A stretch of 64,000 bases of DNA, from contig JACPSI010000042.1 of NCBI GenBank assembly GCA_016193365.1, positions 25,126 to 89,125 of the forward strand, written 5' to 3'. The notes beneath the pieces were generated by a model. The model was given only the letters and a program-made list of their open reading frames with translations, was not told the origin of the DNA and did no database searches. Origin of the DNA: Ignavibacteriales bacterium. Lineage in GTDB: Bacteria; Bacteroidota; Ignavibacteria; UBA10030. Numbering within the stretch: position 1 is the first letter of the stretch; each line of letters starts with the position of its first letter. Shown in pieces: positions 10,685 to 20,226 of this stretch. The position numbers and the translations under genes were made by a program.

Positions 10685-11585
10685 AGCGGAAATCTACGTT
10701 GAGAGTTCGGTAGGAAACTTTGGCAATAAGCGGCGGGCGGCGCTTAAACTGGTTCTTTCGGACAAGCAGTCTTACTTTTTTCACAAACTCTTTCGAAAAC
10801 CCCATATTCAATAACTCGTCGTCGGAGCGGCGCTCATCAATCATTTGAAAAAGGAGCTGGTCAACCTCGCGATAGGAAAACCCCAGCTCGCCTTCATCCG
10901 TCTGTCCGGACCACAAGTCGGCGGTCGGCTTTTTGTCAACGATTCTTTTCGGCACACCGAGCGACTCTGAGATTTGCCATACTTGAGTTTTATAAAGATC
11001 GCCCAACGGGTTGATAGCACACGCCGTATCCCCGAAAAGCGTCCCGTAGCCAAGAAGTAATTCGGTCTTGTTACTCGTTCCAATAACAAGGGCTTTCTCT
11101 CGTGCAGAGATATCATAGAGCACGATCATCCGAACACGAGCCATGATGTTTCCCCGTCGGACCTTATCCGTCGCCTTGTGTTTGTCACAGTACGCATCCA
11201 CCATCGCTGATATATCAACGGTTTCCGATTTGATGCCCAGTTCACGCACAACGAGCTCAGCGTCCTGGACGCTTTGGGGCAAACCTGTTCTGTACGGAAG
11301 GATTACGGCGTGCGTGTTTGTTTTGCCCAGCGCTTTTGCCATCAGGTAAGCTGAAACGGCCGAGTCAACGCCTCCCGACAGGCCAATCACCCCCCTGGAA
11401 AAGCCGGCATTTCCTGTCTCGTCTTTGATGAATTGGACGAGAAGGTTCGTCACCGTTTCCGCATTGAGTTTCAGCGCTTCCTTGTGGTCGACTCGGGCAG
11501 TTTCCATATTCGTCATGTGTAGAAGCCTGCCTTCTACCCCGTCCAACGTGATAGAAGGCAGGCTTTCTGACAGGTCATTCTCCAT
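10662..11585 (-). CDS. nadE: NH3-dependent NAD+ synthetase
   Basis: 307 aa. PP-loop GLSGGVDSAVSAYLMAKALG. Confidence 0.9.
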   Translation of the reverse strand: MENDLSESLPSITLDGVEGRLLHMTNMETARVDHKEALKLNAETVTNLLVQFIKDETGNAGFSRGVIGLSGGVDSAVSAYLMAKALGKTNTHAVILPYRTGLPQSVQDAELVVRELGIKSETVDISAMVDAYCDKHKATDKVRRGNIMARVRMIVLYDISAREKALVIGTSNKTELLLGYGTLFGDTACAINPLGDLYKTQVWQISESLGVPKRIVDKKPTADLWSGQTDEGELGFSYREVDQLLFQMIDERRSDDELLNMGFSKEFVKKVRLLVRKNQFKRRPPLIAKVSYRTLNVDFRYVRDWGI

Positions 11586-12999
11586 TCATCATTTCTTTCA
11601 GAGCCTTGCGGATGATGCTGAACCCCTCATCCACTTCCTCCTTCTTAAGGTTGAGAGGTGGACGAAAGCGGATCGAATGATCTCCACAACCTATGAGGAT
11701 CAGCCCAGCCTCATACGCTTTTTGCTTCAAAAGGTCCCTGCTCTGGGAAGATTCAAGATCGATCGCGCAGAATAGTCCTCTTCCGCGCGCATTTGAGACC
11801 AGATCGGGAAAATCTTGTTCCAGCGCCTGCAACTGGCGCAACAGGTGTTCGCCTACGACTCTAGCATTTTCCACAAGCCCGTCTTCTTCGATAATCTCGA
11901 GAATCTTTGTAAAGCGAACCATGTCGACCAGGTTTCCGCCAAAGGTTGAATTGATCCGGCTTGGTTTGTGGAAGACGTTTTCGAGAACATCGTCGATTCT
12001 GGTACTGCACATGAACCCGCAAATTTGAGTCTTCTTCCCGAAGGTCAAGATGTCCGGCTTTACAAAGTGCTCATAGGCCCAGAACTTCCCGGTAATGCCG
12101 ACGCCCGTTTGGACTTCGTCAAAAATGAGGAGAATTTCATTTTCGTCACAGACAGTCCGCAGTTCAGCGAGAAATTCCTTGCGAAAATGGTTGTCGCCGC
12201 CTTCGCCCTGAATCGGTTCGATGATCAATGCGGCGATATCATCCGGGTTGTTGATGATGGCGCGCTTGATTTGCTCAATGGCAAGCGCTTCTTCCTTCTC
12301 CGCTTGCTCAAGGCGTGCGTCATTCAAAGGGAAGTGGATGGTCGGATTGTGGATGCGAGGCCAGCGGAATTTAGGATAGTAGTTGGTCTTCGTCGGGTCG
12401 GTATTCGTCATGGAGAGCGTATACCCGCTTCGGCCGTGGAACGACCTCCGGAAATGTATCACCTGACGCCCGCACTCTTCTGTGTATCCTTTGACGAAGT
12501 TTTTTCTCACTTTCCAGTCAAACGCAGTTTTGATGGCATTCTCGTTTGCCAACGCACCACCATCGACGAAAAACAAATACTGAAAGTGGTCAGGTTTCGC
12601 GATCCGGGCAAACGTTTCCACGAATTCTGCCATTTCCACTGTGTATGCGTCGGAGTTCGACGGCTTATTCACAGCCGTTCTACCAAGTTTTTCCAGAAAC
12701 TCCGGCGTCACCATTTTTGGATGATTCAGGCCGATGGATCCAGAGGCAAAAAAAGTGAAGAAATCGAGGTAGCGCTTGTTGTACCGTGAATCGTACAAAT
12801 ACGCGCCCTGGCTTCGTCGGAGGTCGACAACAAGGTCGAATCCGTCGACGAGCATGTGATCGGACAGTGTTGAATGGACTTCGGTTGGAAGAACCCTGAC
12901 GGAAGTTTTTGTCGTGGGTTTTTCGTTTACGGCTTTATTTCTGGAACCGTTGGATTTGGACTTGGAAATATCGGCAAAGTCTATTGTTTTCTGAGACAT
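11575..12999 (-). CDS. lat: Class-III aminotransferase, L-lysine 6-transaminase-like
   Basis: 474 aa. PLP class III fold (FFVDGGALANENAIKTAFDW...LLIFDEVQTGVGITGKFWAYEH...TFGKK), with the length and N-terminal region typical of lysine epsilon-aminotransferase. Confidence 0.78.
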   Translation of the reverse strand: MSQKTIDFADISKSKSNGSRNKAVNEKPTTKTSVRVLPTEVHSTLSDHMLVDGFDLVVDLRRSQGAYLYDSRYNKRYLDFFTFFASGSIGLNHPKMVTPEFLEKLGRTAVNKPSNSDAYTVEMAEFVETFARIAKPDHFQYLFFVDGGALANENAIKTAFDWKVRKNFVKGYTEECGRQVIHFRRSFHGRSGYTLSMTNTDPTKTNYYPKFRWPRIHNPTIHFPLNDARLEQAEKEEALAIEQIKRAIINNPDDIAALIIEPIQGEGGDNHFRKEFLAELRTVCDENEILLIFDEVQTGVGITGKFWAYEHFVKPDILTFGKKTQICGFMCSTRIDDVLENVFHKPSRINSTFGGNLVDMVRFTKILEIIEEDGLVENARVVGEHLLRQLQALEQDFPDLVSNARGRGLFCAIDLESSQSRDLLKQKAYEAGLILIGCGDHSIRFRPPLNLKKEEVDEGFSIIRKALKEMMNGE

Positions 13000-13118
13000 A
13001 AGGCACCATGGGAGTAGATGAGTTTTGAGTTCAGAGTAGTTGATTTCAGGTCAACACTCAGAAGAACTCCTGGTGCTCATAGAATGAAGTGATGTAGGGT
13101 CTGCCCTGCATTGCCGTC

Positions 13119-14606
13119 TCAGTAATTATCGATTTGGGCCCGTTGAAGTTTGCTGCTGTAGTCGACGTACACGGTTTTCCATTCGGTGAAGAAATCATAG
13201 ACAGTCCAGCCGCCCTCACGATGGCCGTTGCCGGTCTGTTTTACTCCGCCAAACGGAAGGTGGGCCTCTGCGCCTATCGTCGACGCATTAATGTACGTAA
13301 TTCCGGCCTGAATATCTCTCATAGCCATGAACGCCTTGTTGACGTCTCTTGTGTACACCGATGACGACAATCCATAAATTGTGTTGTTCAACGTTTGGAT
13401 TGCGTTTTCCAGCGATTTTGCGCGAAGAACGGAAAGAACGGGACCAAAGATTTCCTCTTTGGCAATCCGCATAGATGGCGACACATCGCCAAAAATTGTC
13501 GGTTCGTGGAACCAGCCCTTGCTCAATCCATCCCCTTTTGCCGCAGCCCCTCCAAAAACCAGCGTCGCTCCCTCTTTTTTCCCGACCTCCACATAACTCT
13601 CAACCGTCTTCCGCTGGCTTTCATTCACGCATGGTCCAACATCGGTGTCGGCTTTCAGGCCATCGCCGAGCCTGAGTTTTTTAGTCCTGTCGACAAGCAT
13701 CGATATGAACTTATCATAGATTTTGTCATGCAAAATCAGTCTGCTCGTCGCCGTGCAGCGTTGACCCGTGGTCCCGAATGCGCCCCACAAAACGCCGTCA
13801 AGCGCTAGGTCGAGGTCTGCATCATCCATAACGATTTGAGCGTTCTTTCCGCCGAGTTCAAGCGAAACCCGCTTCAATGTGTCGGCTGCGTCTTTCGAGA
13901 TTTGTTTTCCAACTGTTGTCGATCCAGTGAACGAGATCAAATCAACATCAGGATGGCCAACAATCGCAGTCCCTACCTCAGATCCTCCGCCGTGGACAAT
14001 ATTAACGACGCCTTCAGGGATGCCGGCTTTCATCATGATTTCAACCAGCGTCGTGGCGGTCTTTGGCGTATCCTGAGCCGGTTTGAAAACAACTGTATTG
14101 CCGGAAAGAACCGCGGGAAAGATTTTCCATGTCGGGATTGCCATCGGAAAATTCCACGGTGTGATAACGCCGGCGACTCCGATGGGAACACGCATGGACA
14201 TCGCAAACTTATTTGGCAACTCCGACGGAACTGTCTTCCCGAAGAGCCTTCGTCCTTCTCCGGCAGCGTAGTAAGCAGTGTCAATGCCTTCCTGGACATC
14301 CCCGCGGGTTTCGGCAAGTACTTTGCCCATCTCACGGGTCATTTCACGCGCCAACTCTTCCTTTTGCCGCGCCATAAGATCGCCAATTTTTCGCATGATG
14401 TCGGAACGGGCGGGCGCGGGAACGAGGCGCCATTTTTCAAAAGCTGCGCGCGCCGCTTTTACGGCCTCGTCGACATCTTCTTTTCCCGATTTCGGGAATG
14501 TGCCAACAACTTCTTCCCAATTCGCGGGATTCCGGTTTTCAAAAGTCCGCCCCGATTTTGCGTCAACCCATTTTCCGTTGATGAAATTCTGAAATTTCTG
14601 AGGCAT
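13119..14606 (-). CDS. NAD-dependent aldehyde dehydrogenase (aminoadipate-semialdehyde / piperideine-6-carboxylate dehydrogenase-like)
   Basis: 495 aa ALDH superfamily ([21 protein letters not shown], catalytic Cys region [10 protein letters not shown]). Being adjacent to lat suggests the lysine to aminoadipate pathway. Confidence 0.85.
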   Translation of the reverse strand: MPQKFQNFINGKWVDAKSGRTFENRNPANWEEVVGTFPKSGKEDVDEAVKAARAAFEKWRLVPAPARSDIMRKIGDLMARQKEELAREMTREMGKVLAETRGDVQEGIDTAYYAAGEGRRLFGKTVPSELPNKFAMSMRVPIGVAGVITPWNFPMAIPTWKIFPAVLSGNTVVFKPAQDTPKTATTLVEIMMKAGIPEGVVNIVHGGGSEVGTAIVGHPDVDLISFTGSTTVGKQISKDAADTLKRVSLELGGKNAQIVMDDADLDLALDGVLWGAFGTTGQRCTATSRLILHDKIYDKFISMLVDRTKKLRLGDGLKADTDVGPCVNESQRKTVESYVEVGKKEGATLVFGGAAAKGDGLSKGWFHEPTIFGDVSPSMRIAKEEIFGPVLSVLRAKSLENAIQTLNNTIYGLSSSVYTRDVNKAFMAMRDIQAGITYINASTIGAEAHLPFGGVKQTGNGHREGGWTVYDFFTEWKTVYVDYSSKLQRAQIDNY

Positions 14607-14610
14607 AACA

Positions 14611-14799
14611 CTACTCCCGTTTCTTTATTTCTAATTGCTTTCGAATCAAAGCACAGAGCGAGTCCGGTATTTCGGAGTGACGCGGAACGGGGGCACTCTT
14701 CTTTGAATTTGGATTAAAGTAAATATCAGGGTTCGAACCGTGACGTTTGAGAGGACAACCATTGCGTTCCAGTTCTCTGACAAAATCTCTTCTCTTCAA
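14611..14799 (-). CDS. hicA: Type II toxin-antitoxin system toxin HicA
   Basis: 62 aa. MKRRDFVRELERNGCPLKRHGSNPDIYFNP...PVPRHSEIPDSL is the classic HicA (YcfA-like) dsRBD pattern with the catalytic His in the KRHGS motif. Confidence 0.8.
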   Translation of the reverse strand: MKRRDFVRELERNGCPLKRHGSNPDIYFNPNSKKSAPVPRHSEIPDSLCALIRKQLEIKKRE

Positions 14800-15005
14800 A
14801 CAGCGATTCCCAATGCCTTCGTCTTGATCGAACTCCTTGGTGTATCGTTTTTTGCCTCATCCTTCATCAAGTTGTAAACCTCGCGCACATTTTTCTCCAA
14901 CTCCGTAAGGGTCCTACCCTGACTGAAAACGCCTGGAACCTCTCGGAGTTTACCGACATACCATTTTCCATCTTTCCAATACTCAAGTGTAAAATTGTGT
15001 TTCAT
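14796..15005 (-). CDS. hicB: Type II toxin-antitoxin system antitoxin HicB (short UPF0150 form)
   Basis: 69 aa. FTLEYWKDGKWYVGKLREVPGVFSQGRTLTELEKNVREVYNLM is the HicB RNase H-like partial fold. It overlaps hicA by 4 nt. Confidence 0.72.
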   Translation of the reverse strand: MKHNFTLEYWKDGKWYVGKLREVPGVFSQGRTLTELEKNVREVYNLMKDEAKNDTPRSSIKTKALGIAV

Positions 15006-15017
15006 GGTCTCTCCAGT

Positions 15018-16313
15018 TCAATTCAAGCCAACTTTTTCAAAAATGTAATCCAGTTGCTTCAGACTTCTTTTCGCGTCAAACAGTTCATCAACTTCCTTGT
15101 CGCTCAAAACTTTTTTGACTTCTTCCGCCGACATGATAAGGCTTTTGAAATCCTGACCGTTCTGCCATACCATCATTGCTTTTTCCTGGACAATTTTATA
15201 GGCGTCCTCGCGTTTCATCCCGTTTCTTGTCAGAGCCAACAGGACTTCCTGAGAAAAAATGAGGCCCTTCGTGGCGTCGAGATTTCGTCGCATGTTCTCG
15301 GGATAGACTGCGAGGTTTTCCATTACCTTTGTGAACTGGACCAACATGTAATCCAGAAGGATGCAGCTGTCCGGCATTATGACGCGCTCAACCGAAGAGT
15401 GGGTGATATCCCGTTCATGCCACAAGGAAACGTTTTCCATCCCCGCCATTGCGTTTCCACGAACGACGCGCGCTAATCCTGCAATTCTCTCACAGAGTAT
15501 CGGATTCCGCTTGTGGGGCATCGCTGAGGAGCCCTTCTGGCCCTTGGCGAATTGTTCTTCGACCTCCAGTACTTCGGTCTTCTGAAGGTGCCGGATTTCT
15601 GTGGCAAACTTTTCGAGCGAGGACGCACAAACGGCAAGAGCGTTAACAAATTCCGCATGGCGGTCCCGCTGGACGACTTGGGTGGAAATGGAATCAGCTT
15701 GAAGGCCTAATTTTTCGCACACATGCCGTTCTACGCTTGGGTCAAGATGCTGGTACGTCCCCACGGCGCCGGAAATCTTGCCGACCGAAATAGATTTTTT
15801 CGCCGCTTGAAGCCTTTCTGTATTGCGAATTGTTTCAGCGTACCACAGCGCCAGTTTCAGGCCAAACGTCGTCGGCTCTGCGTGGACTCCATGCGTCCTG
15901 CCAATCATCATCGTGTGCTTAAACTCTTTTGCCCGTTTCGCCAGAACCCATTTCAGCTCTTCGAGATCCCTGAGAATCAACTCAGCACTTTGCTTCAGCT
16001 GCACGGCTAACGATGTGTCAAGAACGTCGGACGAAGTCATTCCGAGATGAATGAAACGAGATTCAGGTCCAACGTATTCGCCGACATTCGTGAGGAAAGC
16101 GATGACATCGTGTTTCACTTCGTTTTCGATTTCCAGCACACGGATGACATCGAACTTCGCTTTTGACCTGATGACTTCCAACGCCTGTTGAGGGACGAGG
16201 CCGAGTTTCGACTGGGCTTCGCAAGCGAGAATTTCTATGTCCAGCCAGATGCGGAACCTGTTTTCATCTTCCCAAATCCTGCCCATTTCGGGCCGTGTAT
16301 ATCTTGCGATCAT
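15018..16313 (-). CDS. purB: Adenylosuccinate lyase
   Basis: 431 aa. MIARYTRPEMGRIWEDENRFRIWLDIEILACEA...HLGMTSSDVLDTS fumarate-lyase signature. Confidence 0.95.
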   Translation of the reverse strand: MIARYTRPEMGRIWEDENRFRIWLDIEILACEAQSKLGLVPQQALEVIRSKAKFDVIRVLEIENEVKHDVIAFLTNVGEYVGPESRFIHLGMTSSDVLDTSLAVQLKQSAELILRDLEELKWVLAKRAKEFKHTMMIGRTHGVHAEPTTFGLKLALWYAETIRNTERLQAAKKSISVGKISGAVGTYQHLDPSVERHVCEKLGLQADSISTQVVQRDRHAEFVNALAVCASSLEKFATEIRHLQKTEVLEVEEQFAKGQKGSSAMPHKRNPILCERIAGLARVVRGNAMAGMENVSLWHERDITHSSVERVIMPDSCILLDYMLVQFTKVMENLAVYPENMRRNLDATKGLIFSQEVLLALTRNGMKREDAYKIVQEKAMMVWQNGQDFKSLIMSAEEVKKVLSDKEVDELFDAKRSLKQLDYIFEKVGLN

Positions 16314-16388
16314 CCTTCACTACTATAAATTAGTTCCATGAACAGCTTGTATTTGTTCGCCACACACTTTTCAAGCCGACCCACCTCA

Positions 16389-16412
16389 CCTTCCCTCCAA
16401 GGGGAGGGAAGG
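16389..16412 (-). other. Perfect 10-bp stem hairpin between htrA and purB
   Basis: ccttccctcc-aagg-ggagggaagg. No U-tract on either strand, so it may be a regulatory or RNA-processing hairpin rather than a classical terminator. Confidence 0.4.
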
Positions 16413-16474
16413 AAGGGTCCGATATTTACGAGCAATGTGTTCGCAGACTGTTTCCCAATCGCGCCAGCGTTCCC

Positions 16475-17671
16475 TTATGATGGCTGACGTTCAACTTTCA
16501 ATTGTGCAGTCATCGTTTTTCGTTCGCGGTAAAACTTGATGTTCAAAACATCGCCGGCGCTGGCATCCAGGAGAATTGAGCTGAGGTCTTCAGAAGAATT
16601 AATCTTTTCTCCGTTGACCTCAACAATAATGTCTCCTACCTTCAACCCCGCTTTCTCCGCCGGGCTCTTCGTTTGAATTTCACTCAGGATAATTCCTTCG
16701 ACTTTCGTCAAACCAAAGTATCGGGCGATGCGAGTGTCCACCTGTTGAGCCTCAAACCCCACCCATACATCACGCACAATCTTGCCCTTGTTTTTCAGTT
16801 CAGTAACAATTTTCTTCACTTTGTTGATGGGAATCGCAAAACCGTAGCCGACGAAAGTTGAGCTCTGTCCGGCCGTATAAATCAGTGTGTTGACACCGAC
16901 AACTTCGCCAAGGCTGTTGACCAGGGGGCCGCCGCTATTTCCGCCATTAATCGCCGCATCCGTTTCAATCATATCCTTATAGAAATGCTCGCCGATGCGC
17001 CCAAGGTTCATACCAATGGAACTAATCACACCGACTGTAACGGTCGGTTTGTCGTTGATTTCAAAAAGGCCGAACGGGTTACCGAGTGCAATTGCCCATT
17101 CGCCCACAACGATGTCGTCTGAGTTGCCGAGCTTGACGAATGGGAGGTCTTTGCCGTCAACCTTGAGGAGTGTAATATCGGTTGCGGGGTCGGTTCCGAC
17201 AAGCTGAGCGCTCATCCGCTTGCCGCCCGTAAGAGTTACCGTAATCTCGGTGGCATTCCCGGCGACATGGTCGTTCGTCACGATGTAGCCGTCGGGTGAA
17301 ATAAAGAATCCGGAACCCAGCCCTTTGACTTCCTGCTTGTATGTCCGGTCGCCAAAGAACTGGCGGAAAAACGGGTCGTCACCGAAGAACCGTGAAAAGG
17401 GATCCCGGAATTGACGAACCTCAGTAACATTGATTCCGACAATCGCCGGGCTGACAGACGCCACTGCCTCAGTAATCGCGTTCCGACGGGAAGAAGTTAT
17501 TTGGTCCTGAAGAGAGGTCTGTTGAACTGACGGGAAAGATCTCTGGAACTCGTTCAAAGCCTGCGAGGAGTCCGATGTCCCAAGTGAAAATCCAATCCAA
17601 ACGCCAATAAGGGCCGGGATCATGAGAATGAGAGCAAATTTTACATATGTGCGCGCCATCTTCTTCCTCAC
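16475..17671 (-). CDS. HtrA/DegP-family periplasmic serine protease with PDZ domain
   Basis: 398 aa. Signal/TM N-terminus, catalytic triad context (TNDHV..., D, GNSGGPLVN) and a C-terminal PDZ domain. Confidence 0.9.
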   Translation of the reverse strand: MRKKMARTYVKFALILMIPALIGVWIGFSLGTSDSSQALNEFQRSFPSVQQTSLQDQITSSRRNAITEAVASVSPAIVGINVTEVRQFRDPFSRFFGDDPFFRQFFGDRTYKQEVKGLGSGFFISPDGYIVTNDHVAGNATEITVTLTGGKRMSAQLVGTDPATDITLLKVDGKDLPFVKLGNSDDIVVGEWAIALGNPFGLFEINDKPTVTVGVISSIGMNLGRIGEHFYKDMIETDAAINGGNSGGPLVNSLGEVVGVNTLIYTAGQSSTFVGYGFAIPINKVKKIVTELKNKGKIVRDVWVGFEAQQVDTRIARYFGLTKVEGIILSEIQTKSPAEKAGLKVGDIIVEVNGEKINSSEDLSSILLDASAGDVLNIKFYRERKTMTAQLKVERQPS

Positions 17672-18282
17672 ACAGTTTTTTGTTTGAAAAAAGACTTCAG
17701 TGTGTCAACGTGGCTCAAAATCAACATGAAACTCAAAGCACCTGAGAACTGGATGTATGCCACACTTTCGGCTGAAGCCACCATGAATACATTTATTGCC
17801 CTGTCCGGTATCACGGCAAGAATGAAAGGCGTTGCCAGGATGCAAAACACGTTCGCAAAGAGGATGTCTTTTTTGAGCCGATACACGAGCACCCACATCG
17901 AGCACCAAACAACCGTGTAGCTGACGCCGATAAGAAAAAGCCCTCCGCAGGCGGTTGCCAATCCCCTGCCACCTTTGAATCGAAGCCACATCGGATAGTT
18001 ATGTCCAAGAACAGATCCGAACAATCCAAAAGTCTTCAGCCAGAAATCTTCCCCGAAGAAAAGTCCCACGAACAAAACCGCCACAAGCCCTTTGAGCCCG
18101 TCGAGCACGCCGACGAGGTAGCCAATCAGCTTCGAGTTCGTGACACGAAAAGCATTGAACCCGCCGACATTGCCGCTGCCTGCTTCACGGATGTCGGCTC
18201 CCGTTTTTTGCTTTACGACAAGGTATGCCGTGGGGAGAGAACCGATGACATAGCCGCCGACAAGGCAAATGAAGTAAAGCAA
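17668..18282 (-). CDS. plsY: Glycerol-3-phosphate acyltransferase PlsY (copy 1)
   Basis: 204 aa polytopic membrane protein with the GSGNVGGFNAFR motif. Confidence 0.85.
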   Translation of the reverse strand: MLYFICLVGGYVIGSLPTAYLVVKQKTGADIREAGSGNVGGFNAFRVTNSKLIGYLVGVLDGLKGLVAVLFVGLFFGEDFWLKTFGLFGSVLGHNYPMWLRFKGGRGLATACGGLFLIGVSYTVVWCSMWVLVYRLKKDILFANVFCILATPFILAVIPDRAINVFMVASAESVAYIQFSGALSFMLILSHVDTLKSFFKQKTV

Positions 18283-18353
18283 ACTGATGTTCTTGGGAAT
18301 TTTCTAAGGAAAATTACGGAAAAGGCGCAGGGAAAGCAAGATGTCCCGATGAC

Positions 18354-18395
18354 CTTCCGAAGGTTCGCCAAGCCGTCTTATCGATCTTCGGAAGG
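18354..18395. repeat. Pair of 11-bp CCTTCSGAAGG palindromes
   Basis: ccttccgaagg at 18354-18364 and cttcggaagg at 18386-18395, in the plsY-gpsA intergenic region. They belong to the same family as the 3496-3610 array. Confidence 0.45.
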
Positions 18396-18398
18396 ACT

Positions 18399-19397
18399 TT
18401 ATGTTTCGCCTCTCGCGTCTCGTGTCATCAAGTCCTCCGTGGCTTTGTGAGGATCCTTGCCTTCGTAGAGTACTCGATAGACTTCGCTCACGATGGGCAC
18501 TTCCACATTGTGTTTCTGGGAAAGTTCATGGGCAGATTGAGACGTGGCAACTCCTTCAGCGACCATGACCATTTCTTTCAGAACATCCTGCAACTTTCGC
18601 CCTTTTCCAACTTCCTGACCAACGTGACGGTTGCGGCTGTGACGGCTCATGCAGGTGACAATCAAATCCCCTATTCCCGATAACCCTGCGAAAGTCCGCG
18701 GCTGTGCTCCCATTTTAACACCGAGACGTGTAATCTCGTAGATTCCGCGTGTCATGATCGCCGCTTTGGTATTATCGCCGAACCCGGCCCCGTCGCTTAT
18801 CCCAGCTCCGATTGCAATGATGTTCTTAATGGCGCCGCCAAGTTCAACTCCGCGAATATCTTCGTTGACATACACTCTGAAATAGCGCGTCATAAACGCG
18901 TCCTGCACGAGTTTTGCTGTCTTATCTTTGTATGCAGCCGAAACGACGGCCGTGGGGATTCTGCGACACACCTCCTCCGCGTGGCTCGGCCCGGAAAGAA
19001 TGGCGAGGTTCTCCTTTCGTTCATGCTTCAACACGTCTTCCAGCACTTCGGACATTGTCATGAGCGATTTATTCTCGATCCCTTTGGCCACGTTGCAGAT
19101 AATCGTTTTTTCGAGGTGAAGGTGGGCAATTTTTTCAATAACTGACCTCAAGAACTGCGAGGGTACTGCCGCAACAATCATATCTCTTTTACGACATGCC
19201 TCCTCAATGTCTGTCATGATATTCAGTTGCGGGGGGATCGGAATGCCGGGCAGGAATGAGGTGTTCTCTCCTTTTTTCCTCATCTGGTCGGCCTGTGCCG
19301 GTTTGTATGTCCACAGGTTGACGTCGTGCTTGTTCTCAAACAGCACGAGAGCGAGGGTCGTCCCCCAACTGCCAGCGCCAAGGACTGTGACTTTCAT
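18399..19397 (-). CDS. gpsA: NAD(P)H-dependent glycerol-3-phosphate dehydrogenase
   Basis: 332 aa. MKVTVLGAGSWGTTLALVL Rossmann start and the GpsA C-terminal domain. Confidence 0.95.
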   Translation of the reverse strand: MKVTVLGAGSWGTTLALVLFENKHDVNLWTYKPAQADQMRKKGENTSFLPGIPIPPQLNIMTDIEEACRKRDMIVAAVPSQFLRSVIEKIAHLHLEKTIICNVAKGIENKSLMTMSEVLEDVLKHERKENLAILSGPSHAEEVCRRIPTAVVSAAYKDKTAKLVQDAFMTRYFRVYVNEDIRGVELGGAIKNIIAIGAGISDGAGFGDNTKAAIMTRGIYEITRLGVKMGAQPRTFAGLSGIGDLIVTCMSRHSRNRHVGQEVGKGRKLQDVLKEMVMVAEGVATSQSAHELSQKHNVEVPIVSEVYRVLYEGKDPHKATEDLMTRDARGET

Positions 19398-19457
19398 ACG
19401 GCAGAGACTATCGGTGGTAACGAGAAGCCCGTTTGAAGAGCTAGAGGCTGAAGGAGT

Positions 19458-20147
19458 TTACCCTTTGACCGACTCCATGTTTTTTCGCGGCGGGAAAACC
19501 GAGATCCTGTTTTCGGTTCCTTCAAGAAGCCGCTTGATGTTTTTCCTGTGGGAATACACCAGGACGACAGCAACACCGAGACTGAAGAAGACGAGAGTGT
19601 GGTAGCTATGGATCTCATCCGAGAGGATGTTATGACGTATAATGATGGACAAAGGAAAAGCGATGGCGGCTGCCAGAGAACCCAAGGAGACGTACTTCCA
19701 TGCGAAAAACACGATGAAGAAAACAAGTGCAGAGACAGCGAATTCCGTCGGCGCTATGCCTATAAGCATTCCTGCCGCCGTGGCTATCCCCTTGCCGCCT
19801 TTGAATCCGGCAAACACGGTCCAGATATGACCAACGATCGCTGCGGCTCCGCAAATCATCTGTATGATCGTGAAATCGTCGAAAGGCGTCCGGTTATAAA
19901 AGGGCAACGTCGGATCCCAGAAGAGCCTCGCAACAACCGTCGTCGCGAGAACACCTTTCATGACGTCGACAACCATCACGAAAACGCCAGATTTCCATCC
20001 AAGCACGCGGAACACATTTGTACCGCCCGCGTTGCCGCTGCCTTTCGTGCGGATATCGAAGCCGTGCCTCCACTTCGATAGCATCACGCTTGTGGGAATG
20101 GAACCTACGATGTAACTGAGTATGACAACGATGGTCATGTTGACCAT
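19458..20147 (-). CDS. plsY: Glycerol-3-phosphate acyltransferase PlsY (copy 2, divergent paralog)
   Basis: 229 aa with the GSGNAGGTNVFR motif and similar topology. It sits on the other side of gpsA. Confidence 0.85.
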   Translation of the reverse strand: MVNMTIVVILSYIVGSIPTSVMLSKWRHGFDIRTKGSGNAGGTNVFRVLGWKSGVFVMVVDVMKGVLATTVVARLFWDPTLPFYNRTPFDDFTIIQMICGAAAIVGHIWTVFAGFKGGKGIATAAGMLIGIAPTEFAVSALVFFIVFFAWKYVSLGSLAAAIAFPLSIIIRHNILSDEIHSYHTLVFFSLGVAVVLVYSHRKNIKRLLEGTENRISVFPPRKNMESVKG

Positions 20148-20226
20148 GTTACTTTGCCTTTCGAGTCAGAATGAACGTTTGCCAAAATAGGAACTTCGAC
20201 GAACAAAAGCAAGGAATGAACGTACT

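Noticed and set aside
13836-14717. 293-aa plus-strand ORF
   Set aside because: It is antisense to the aldehyde dehydrogenase, with a Cys/Arg-rich nonsense composition.
14720-14745. tRNA T-loop-like motif GGTTCGAACC
   Set aside because: It lies inside the hicA coding sequence. There is no acceptor or anticodon-arm context, so it is not a tRNA.
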